This document shows positions 27,996 through 36,000 of a stretch of 64,000 bases of DNA, in pieces. The DNA comes from Oceanirhabdus seepicola. Lineage in GTDB: Bacteria > Bacillota > Clostridia > Clostridiales > Clostridiaceae. Positions within the stretch are counted from its first letter, which is position 1, and the number at the start of each line of letters is the position of its first letter. The translations under genes were made by a program, and so were the position numbers. The notes under the pieces were generated by a model. That model ran no database searches. It saw only the letters and a program-made list of their open reading frames with translations, and was not told the DNA's origin. The stretch lies in NCBI RefSeq assembly GCF_023684385.1, contig NZ_JAGSOJ010000007.1, positions 144,148-208,147 on the forward strand, read 5' to 3'.

Positions 27996-28865
27996 TTGTC
28001 GAACTTGTGGATTGAATTTGGGGCAATAATATTTATTACTTCGCTTATTTCAATAATATTATTATTGAAAATTTTTATAAAGCCCTTACTATTTATTTTT
28101 AAAATAGTAATTGCTATATTAACGAGCATATTGTATAAAATTGCTTCAATAGCAAATGGGTTAAGGGGATTATCAGATTTTTCAGATAATATTGCATCAA
28201 TATTTAATAAGAAATCTCAGAAGAGTGATAGTAAAAAAAAGGTGTTTAGAAAAAGTTTGCTTATATCTATAGGAATTACAGTTATAAGTTTATTTTTAGC
28301 TAAGCAGTCCAACTTAGATATAACTAAGTACCAATATTTCACTAAATTAATGAACATTGAATATGTGAAAGACTTTATAGGGAATGAAGATACAAGTAAT
28401 ACAAGTGCTAAGAGTGTAGAAAATAAATGGAATCATAATTTTAGTGAGGATGATTTGGTATACCTAAATAGTAGCGCAAAAGTATATGAATATGATGAAA
28501 ATAAAAAAGTACTAACTGTGGAAAGTAAAGTACAAAATAATAATACTAAAGCATATAAAGATGATTTTATTTTAGTTAAAGATGAATATTTTATAAAAAT
28601 TATATTTGATAATGGAGAAGAATTTTTTGTTAACCCTAAAGATATTATAAAAACCTCAAAATATGCAATAGTAAATGCGAAATCTTTAAATTTAAGAAAA
28701 GAACCTAAAGTTAGCAAAGGAAATATCTACTGTGCTATTCATAAGAACGAAAAAGTTAATGTTATATATGAAGATATTAGTGAAGAATGGATATTAGTGT
28801 CTACAGGGGAATATGCAGGATTTGTGTATAGTAAGTATATAGATATTAGTACAAATACTGAATGA
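27996..28865 (+). CDS. Membrane protein with two N-terminal TM helices and a C-terminal SH3b-like beta domain (NfeD-like partner?)
   Basis: The TM region is 'FGAIIFITSLISIILLLKIFIKPLLFIFKIVIAILTSIL'. The C-terminal 'AIVNAKSLNLRKEPKVSKGNIYCAIHKNEKVNVIYEDISEEWILVSTGEYAGFVYSKYI' fits the bacterial SH3 pattern. A TTG start follows the RBS 'GAGGGGGTAG'. Confidence 0.5.
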   Translation: MSNLWIEFGAIIFITSLISIILLLKIFIKPLLFIFKIVIAILTSILYKIASIANGLRGLSDFSDNIASIFNKKSQKSDSKKKVFRKSLLISIGITVISLFLAKQSNLDITKYQYFTKLMNIEYVKDFIGNEDTSNTSAKSVENKWNHNFSEDDLVYLNSSAKVYEYDENKKVLTVESKVQNNNTKAYKDDFILVKDEYFIKIIFDNGEEFFVNPKDIIKTSKYAIVNAKSLNLRKEPKVSKGNIYCAIHKNEKVNVIYEDISEEWILVSTGEYAGFVYSKYIDISTNTE

Positions 28866-29039
28866 GTATTTGTTTATATAGTATATTCGGGCGTAAATAT
28901 TATTTATAAGATTAGGGAATATTGCATTTTAGTCAAAAATAAATTACCTGACTTATTAAGATCTTAACAATAAATAAACATCTGTGTATTTAACTGAAGA
29001 TTTTGAAAACTATACCTGATATTAAAATTAGCCGCGTTA

Positions 29040-29070
29040 AGGAAAAAGGTTGTGTTCATTTTTCCTTTTA
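29040..29070 (+). terminator. Terminator-like hairpin after the three-gene operon
   Basis: 'AGGAAAAA-ggttgtgttca-TTTTTCCT' is followed by TTTTA. Confidence 0.5.
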
Positions 29071-29121
29071 TCGATGATATATAAATAATAAAAAGAAAAT
29101 AGAAGAACTAAGAAGCAATTA

Positions 29122-29262
29122 AAGTTCCTTAGTTCTTTTAAAGCTCAGTTTACCCCTAATCTTCTCAAAACTATCCCTCGAAACAACCATCTCACCCTTA
29201 TCCCACCTATAAATATTACTCCTATCAGTATCAAGAAGTTTAGCTTCATCGAGCACGGACAA
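29122..29262 (-). pseudogene. Truncated HTH (XRE-type) domain remnant, in-frame downstream of the TAG stop of the XRE gene
   Basis: 'LSVLDEAKLLDTDRSNIYRWDKGEMVVSRDSFEKIRGKLSF' resembles helices 2-5 of the HTH_3 fold. It lacks a start codon. Confidence 0.4.
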
Positions 29263-29562
29263 CTAATTTTTAATTCTCCATTCAAAAAGCATTTTACTAT
29301 AATCATTAATTATAAATTTCAAATACTCATCATCACCGATAATTAGGTCTTTACCTAAAAAAATGCAAAGTTTAAACATAACATCTCTTGAAGGAATAAC
29401 TTTATCATTTTCATACTCATCTATGGTGCGTCTTCCAATGTTAATCAGTTCACATAAGTCGCTTTGGGACAATCCTAATACCATCCTACCTTTTTTTATT
29501 CTTTTACCAAGGGTATCCTCTTGAAGGTGAGAATACAATGAATTATATAGATTGATAACCAT
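29263..29562 (-). CDS. XRE-family helix-turn-helix transcriptional regulator (99 aa)
   Basis: 'LGKRIKKGRMVLGLSQSDLCELINIGRRTIDEYENDKVIPSRDVMFKLCIFLG' is a canonical HTH_3 sequence. Confidence 0.7.
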   Translation of the reverse strand: MVINLYNSLYSHLQEDTLGKRIKKGRMVLGLSQSDLCELINIGRRTIDEYENDKVIPSRDVMFKLCIFLGKDLIIGDDEYLKFIINDYSKMLFEWRIKN

Positions 29563-29565
29563 AGT

Positions 29566-29766
29566 TTGACAAAAGTTCGCATTTTGGTAGGACGAGAAGA
29601 AGCAATATACACAGGAACATTTCCAGGATATAACGCAGTAAAATATGCTAAAGGTGAAAAAATACTGATACTCCCAAGAAAGAGTGCAATAGGCGATATA
29701 ATAGCTTATGCTAATTATAGAATGTTAAAGATGAAGGACCACAAAACAAGAAACACCCTAGAATAG
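29566..29766 (+). pseudogene. Duplicated 3' fragment of the TrmFO-like gene at 4762-6033
   Basis: '..EEAIYTGTFPGYNAVKYAKGEKILILPRKSAIGDIIAYANYRMLKMKDHKTR' is about 85% identical to residues ~330-385 of the 4762 protein. It is joined directly to repeat copy B, with about 190 nt deleted relative to the parental locus. Confidence 0.75.
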
Positions 29767-29820
29767 TCATATTTACATATATGAGATTATGTTAACTAAA
29801 ATAATGTAAACAAAAACATT
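29758..29820 (+). repeat. Intergenic repeat copy B, AT-rich module only
   Basis: 'TAGAATAGTCATATTTACATATATGAGATTATGTTAACTAAAATAATGTAAACAAAAACATT' is nearly identical to 6101-6160. Confidence 0.8.
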
Positions 29821-30379
29821 ATCAAACATGTCGATACAAGTTCTTGCAGCTATGTTTTCATGATCAAGCTGAACAAATATTGAGGCAATATATTTAGGGT
29901 GATGACTGTTAATGTTGGTATTTGGATAACAGACGGAGTGGAGGTGGGTATCAGTATTACAATTGGAAGAATGTTAGCATCTACAGGGGAAGAGATATAG
30001 ACAAAGTGGGAGCACAGTGTTACAGGCATAATATCCACACAGTCTTAATTTGAATTGAAGGGAATTACATGTTTGAGGAATGCCAGAGATTTAAAAACAA
30101 CGAGATATAAGTTTGTGTAACTATTTAAAAATATTAAAACTCTATTTCTTATGCATTTGTATTTACCTAATTATTAATATATTTCCATGATTTTCATTCT
30201 TATTATTTACATTTTATCTTTAATATAATAACATATATTTATAATTAAATTATATAATAGTAATATTGGGTCAACATTCCACGAATATGGAGAATTCATA
30301 GTGACCTTGGGAGAAGTGAAAAAAATGGAGTGGAAGATAGTAGTACATAGCTGTGGTGACGGTGATAAAGGGGGTTGTT

Positions 30380-31024
30380 ATGACTGAGTTGTTAAAAAAT
30401 GCTTTTACAGGGATAAATATTATTCCAACTGTGTTGTTGTTAATAGTAGTTTTCTATTGGATCGGCGTTATTTTCGGGGCATTAGGTTTTGATTTTTTAG
30501 ATTTTGAGCTAGATGGTGCTGATAATTCAGGTCCATTCTATGCAGTATTATCATTTCTAAATTTAGCGGAATTACCTTTTATGTTGGTCTTTAGTATTTT
30601 AATTTTAAATTTTTGGATAATAGCTATGTTGATGTATTATCTACCAATAGTCTCTGGAGGTCCAGTAAATGCGGTATTGCTGCTACCTGCTATGGTGGTT
30701 AGTATGTTTATCACAAAGTATGAGACGGTTCCCTTAAAGGGAATTTTCAATGACAGCAGTGTGCAGGAGGAAAGAGGGCGTGAAGTAATTGAACATGAAT
30801 GCATACTTAAGTGCGATTTGGAAAATGGACGATTAGGACAAGCGGAGATAAAAAGAGATGGAGCTTCAATAGTGATAAATGTGAAGTCGGAATTCCATGA
30901 AGAGTCATTCCATAAAGATGAGGTTGCATTTGTTATCAGAAAAGACACTGATAAAAATATATATTATATAGTTAAAATGGAGGAGAAGAAAAATGAGTTA
31001 TTTGATTCAGGTACTATTAGTTAG
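30380..31024 (+). CDS. YqiJ/NfeD-like inner-membrane protein (DUF1449-like), partner of flotillin
   Basis: It has three or four TM helices and a C-terminal soluble beta-rich domain. The ATG at 30380 follows 'AAAGGGGG'. It lies immediately upstream of, and overlaps, the flotillin gene. Confidence 0.6.
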   Translation: MTELLKNAFTGINIIPTVLLLIVVFYWIGVIFGALGFDFLDFELDGADNSGPFYAVLSFLNLAELPFMLVFSILILNFWIIAMLMYYLPIVSGGPVNAVLLLPAMVVSMFITKYETVPLKGIFNDSSVQEERGREVIEHECILKCDLENGRLGQAEIKRDGASIVINVKSEFHEESFHKDEVAFVIRKDTDKNIYYIVKMEEKKNELFDSGTIS

Positions 31025-33008
31025 TATTGTAGCAGTTATTGCAGTAGTCGCAGGATTACTGGCATTGTTTTCTTTGTTCTACCATAAGGTAGAGCAGGGT
31101 AAAGTTATAATAAGAAATGGTGTTGGTGGGCAGAAGGTATCCTTTGGTGGTATGTTTGTAGTACCAATCGTACACAAATACGAAGTTATGGATATTTCTG
31201 TTAAAAGAGTTGAGATTGCTAGAGAAGGTAAAGACGGTCTGATATGTAAAGACAACCTTAGAGCTGATATCAGAGTTGCATTCTTTGTAAGAGTAAATCA
31301 AACAAGAGAAGACGTACTTAAAGTTGCACAGCTTTTAGGATGTCAGAAGGCATCTGATCCTACAACTTTGATGGAATTCTTTGATGCTAAGTTCTCAGAA
31401 GCATTAAAAACGGTTGGTAAGAAGTTTGACTTTGTTCAGCTTTATACTGAAAGAGAGACTTTTAAAGATGAGATTCTTCAAATTATCGGAACTGACTTAA
31501 ACGGTTATGTTATGGATGATGCTGCCATCGATTATCTTGAACAAACTGACGTTAATCTCTTAAATAGTGATAATATTTTAGATTCAGAGGGAATTAAGAA
31601 AATAACTGAGCTTACTGCAAAACAGCTGATATTAGCTAACCAGATTGAGAGAGATAAAGAGAAAACTATAAAACAACAGGATGTATCTGCAAGAGAAGCA
31701 ATATTAGAACTTGAAAAGCAAAATGCAGAGGCTGAGGCTAAGCAGAAGCGAGAAATCTCTATTATTAATTCTAGAGAAACAGCAGAAGCGGAAAAAGTAG
31801 CTCAGGAAGAGAGATTTAAGTCAGAAATGGCAAGAGTTAAAGCAGATGAAGAAATTGAAGTTGCTGAGCAAAATAAAGAGAGACAAGTAATTGTAGCTAT
31901 GAAAGCAAAAGAAAGTACAGAAGCAGTTGAGAATGAAAGAGTTGATAGAAAAAGATTACTTGAAAGAACAGAGAAAGACAAATTAGTTGAACTTGCCGTT
32001 ATTGATAAGGAGAAAGAAGTCGAAGTTGAAAAGAAAAATATTCAGTCAGTTATTAGAGAGAGAGTAACAGTTGAGAAAGATACTGTTGTTGAAGAAGAGA
32101 GAATCAAAGATACACGTGCAATAGCAGAGGCAGAGCGTTATAAGACTGTAGCTATCAAAAAAGCTGAAGAAGAGGCTGAAAAGGAACGTATTATTAAAGT
32201 TAGAACAGCAGAGGCTTCAAAACAAGCTGCTGAATGCATTGCTGAGAAGACAATTATCGATGCGGATGCTAAACTTAAAGCTTCACAGAAAGAAGCAGAG
32301 TCAATTAAAGTTATCGTTGATGCTAAAGTTCTTGAGGAATCCACTAGTGGTATAGCAGAATCAAAAGTTATTGAAGCAAAAGCACTGGCACAGGCTAAAG
32401 GTGATACCGCTAAGATTGATGTAAAAGAGAAAGAGGGTACAGTTGAAGCTGATATACTGAAGAAGAAGTACATGGCAGAAGCAGAAGGTATCAAAGAAAA
32501 AGCTGAGAGCATGAAGGCTCTTGATGAAGTTGGTAGAGGACATGAGGAGTTCAAACTTAAGCTTGAAAAAGAGAAGGCGATTGAACTTGCTAATATCAAC
32601 ATCCAGAAGGATATTGCAGAATCTCAAGCTGCTGTTATCAACGAAGCTCTTAAATCAGCTAATATCGATATCGTTGGTGGAGAGACAATGTTCTTTGATA
32701 AAATTATTGGTTCTATCACTCAGGGTAAATCATTTGACCGTCTTGTAGATAACAGTGAAGTACTTACTGATATCAAAGAGACATTTATCACTGGTGATCC
32801 AGAATACTTTAAGAAACAATTACAGGAGTTAACAAATAGATTTAACCTTACATCAGAAGATCTAAAGAACCTGTCAATAGCTGGTGCAGTGAAAAAGATG
32901 ATGAAGGATGCTGACGGGTCTGATAAGACAATGCTGGGTAAATTATTAGATACAGTTAATAAAGCAGGGGTTGGTAATATTCCAGCAAATATGATACAAG
33001 GCAAGTAA
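30993..33008 (+). CDS. Flotillin-like SPFH/band-7 domain protein (YqiK/FloT-like, 671 aa)
   Basis: It has an N-terminal TM helix and the SPFH core ('GGQKVSFGGMFVVPIVHKYEVMDISVKRVEI..LICKDNLRADIRVAFFVRV'). A long flotillin-type EA-rich coiled coil follows ('EAEAKQKREISIINSRETAEAEKVAQEERF...'). Confidence 0.85.
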   Translation: MSYLIQVLLVSIVAVIAVVAGLLALFSLFYHKVEQGKVIIRNGVGGQKVSFGGMFVVPIVHKYEVMDISVKRVEIAREGKDGLICKDNLRADIRVAFFVRVNQTREDVLKVAQLLGCQKASDPTTLMEFFDAKFSEALKTVGKKFDFVQLYTERETFKDEILQIIGTDLNGYVMDDAAIDYLEQTDVNLLNSDNILDSEGIKKITELTAKQLILANQIERDKEKTIKQQDVSAREAILELEKQNAEAEAKQKREISIINSRETAEAEKVAQEERFKSEMARVKADEEIEVAEQNKERQVIVAMKAKESTEAVENERVDRKRLLERTEKDKLVELAVIDKEKEVEVEKKNIQSVIRERVTVEKDTVVEEERIKDTRAIAEAERYKTVAIKKAEEEAEKERIIKVRTAEASKQAAECIAEKTIIDADAKLKASQKEAESIKVIVDAKVLEESTSGIAESKVIEAKALAQAKGDTAKIDVKEKEGTVEADILKKKYMAEAEGIKEKAESMKALDEVGRGHEEFKLKLEKEKAIELANINIQKDIAESQAAVINEALKSANIDIVGGETMFFDKIIGSITQGKSFDRLVDNSEVLTDIKETFITGDPEYFKKQLQELTNRFNLTSEDLKNLSIAGAVKKMMKDADGSDKTMLGKLLDTVNKAGVGNIPANMIQGK

Positions 33009-33095
33009 AAGAAAATAACAAGTCAGTATACTCGTATATTTGACTTGTTATTTTCTTCAACATGCCAAAACTACACGTGAATGAGGTAGATAAAG

Positions 33096-36000
33096 TTGGG
33101 CGCTATTGAGAATAAAGATATAAATGGTAAAAATGAAAATAAAGATATGGAGAACAGCACATATGAGGTCATTAAGAATCGTCTTATAAAACACGGTAAT
33201 GATTTGACGGAACGTGTTGAAGGTCTTAACGCTGCGAGAAAAGAGGTTTTCGGTTCAATTGAAACGAAGCTTCTCAGCAGCGAGAGGATATTAACAGAGC
33301 ACAACTGTATACCTAGAGACATGGCTCCAGTGGATGATTGTTTCATCTTTGGTTACAATGTCCATATAGGTCTTAAATCTAAGGTTGAACTGAGTGATGT
33401 ATTTTCGATATATGAATATAAAGACCATTCATTTCAGAAGCAGTCCTTTGAGTTAATAAATGACGAGAAGTTCTTAAGAGATTTTGATGAGCTGTATAAG
33501 TATTATAAGAATACTTTTTTTGCAAAGTTTACTATAATAGAACCGTATTTCTACATGATTTTTCAAACTGGAAAGAATGCCACTGATATTAAAGCTTTTA
33601 AATGGCTGATGGAGGGTGGTAAGCTGATATATGTTGACTGCAGAAGTGAACATGAAGTTAAGTTTATCAATAAAAATGAATTCAATTTTGTTAAAGCAAC
33701 AAGGGATGATCAGCGGAGCGGTGTTTATCCTCATGTTTCAATTTTGGATAAGGTCTTTGTGGAAACCATTAATGGAGATCTAACAATCAAAGTTGAGGAT
33801 AATACTGAGATAGGTAAGGGAATTTATTCAGAAGATGTTGAGGATAAGGACCAGAACCTTGATGATGCTGAGATATTCTATGCTGATTTAGGTGAAATAA
33901 TAATTCTTAAAATTCGACCATTTAAGGAAAGTGATTATAGGTACTTCGTTTTTAACAACAAATTAAAGAATGTTGTAAGAATCGATTCAATTAAAGATAC
34001 TTGTATGCTCCTCCCCGGGAACCATGGACTCATTTTCCCAAAAGGATATTATCTGCAGAACGGTGAATATAAAATATTTGATGTTCCAACTGAGAATTCA
34101 GTATTTGATCAGATGATTAGTTCATCTAATGGTGAAGACTATCAGTATATTTTTTATAACATCGAAAGCGGTATATATTTAGTATATTCATATAACATTA
34201 TAGAGCAAACAATAGAAATGCCAATTGTTTGCAGCGGATACTCACATTTCAATAATGGAGAAATGATTGTATTTAAACATGAAAATGAACCAAGAAAGAA
34301 TCATATGATACAGATATGGCAAACACCTTATGTGGGTAAAAATTATGTAAGTGAAGGTAACACCGATTCAATCTTATTTAATATCGGTAATAAGGATATC
34401 GTCAACTGTATGGCTGATTGTAAGATTGTATACAAACTCATTCAAAAAGGTGAGAGCTATCAGAGTATCTACATTGATATAGTAAAAGAATCAGAACAAA
34501 TAATTGATACGTATTTTTGGTTAGATAAACAAGAAGCGTATAATTTAAAAGAAGTGCTTATACGTATAAAAGAGACATCAGCTTTTGCAATTGGTGAGTT
34601 TGAAAAAGTAGTAAGAATAAAGAATTCAACCCAAAAGCAAATAAGTGATGTAAAAAATGAATCAGAGGAACTCCTCAAAAAACTAGAATATGGAACATTT
34701 TATACAGTTGACGAATATGTAAGGGTATTAGCTGATATACGAAATCTTAGAGGTAAGATTGTCTCACTAAGGGATTTAAGATATACGGACCTTACAATCG
34801 TTGATTCACTTGACACTAGAGTTAAAGAAAAAAATGAGGAATTCTCTAAGAAGTGTGTTGAGTTCTTAATCCAGCCAGAAGGGCTTAAGATTTACTCTGA
34901 CAAAGTACAAGAGTTACAAGATGGCATTGACAAGGTTAATAAATCAAAAGAAGGAAAAGAACTTTCAGAAAAGATTGATGAAACCTCTAGCGATTTAGAA
35001 CTTCTCATAGATATTCTAGGTAACTTTAAGATTGATGATCCTACCATGACAACAGAGATAATAGAGAAGATTTCATCATTGTTCTCTTTGATTAATAATG
35101 CCAAGGCAAGGTTAAAAACAAGGGTAGAGGAATTTTCTAAAAGTGAAATGTCTACACAGTTCAACTCCCAAATGAAATTGCTTAGTCAAGCTGTAGTAAA
35201 TTATTTAGATGTTTCAGATACAGTAGATAAATGCGATCAGTATCTTAATAAGGTTATGGTTCAAATACAGGAATTAGAAGGAAAGTTTGCTGAATTTGAT
35301 GATTATGTACTAAAACTTAGTGAAAAAAGAGAAGAGTTATATAATGCCTTTGAAAGCAAGAAACAGTCGCTTTTAGATAAGTTAAATAAACGAATGGTTG
35401 GATTATTTACCTCATCTGAACGTATTATGAACGGAATAGCTAATAGGTTAAAGAGTTTCGATACTGTTGAGGGGATTAATGGATATCTAGCTACTGATAT
35501 AATGGCTGAGAAGGTTAGGGATATTATCTCTGAATTAAGAAATCTCGGAGATAGTGTTAAGGCTGATGAGATTAGTTCAAGATTAAAGACGCTAAAAGAG
35601 GATACCATTCGTCAGTTAAAGGATAAGCAAGAACTGTATGTAGATGGAGAAAATGTCATAAAATTGGGCAAGAATCACTTCTCGGTAAATACAAAAGCTA
35701 TAGATCTTTCCATGGTACAAAAGAATGATGAATTGTATTATCATATAACAGGAACAGATTTCTGGGATAAGGTAGTTCATAAGGATATAGAGAAGTACCA
35801 GAGTGTGTTTGAACAGAGTATCGTATCAGAGAATAGAGATGTTTATAGAGGTGAATATCTCGCTTATTCAATCTTTGAAGGAGCAAGAAATAAGCAATTT
35901 GAAAGCTTAGATATTTTGTATTCAAAGACAGATACCCAATTAGTTGAAGTTGTTCAAAGGTTTATGGAGCCGAGGTATCAAGAGGGATACACTAAAGGGG

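Noticed and set aside
29850-30038. A moderately GC-rich stretch between repeat copy B and the yqiJ-like gene, with a 62-aa minus ORF and a short plus-strand open frame ('VMTVNVGIWITDGVEVGISITIGRMLASTGEEI')
   Set aside because: It has no start or RBS context, and no domain resemblance that I could support. It is possibly another gene fragment, but this is unprovable by eye.
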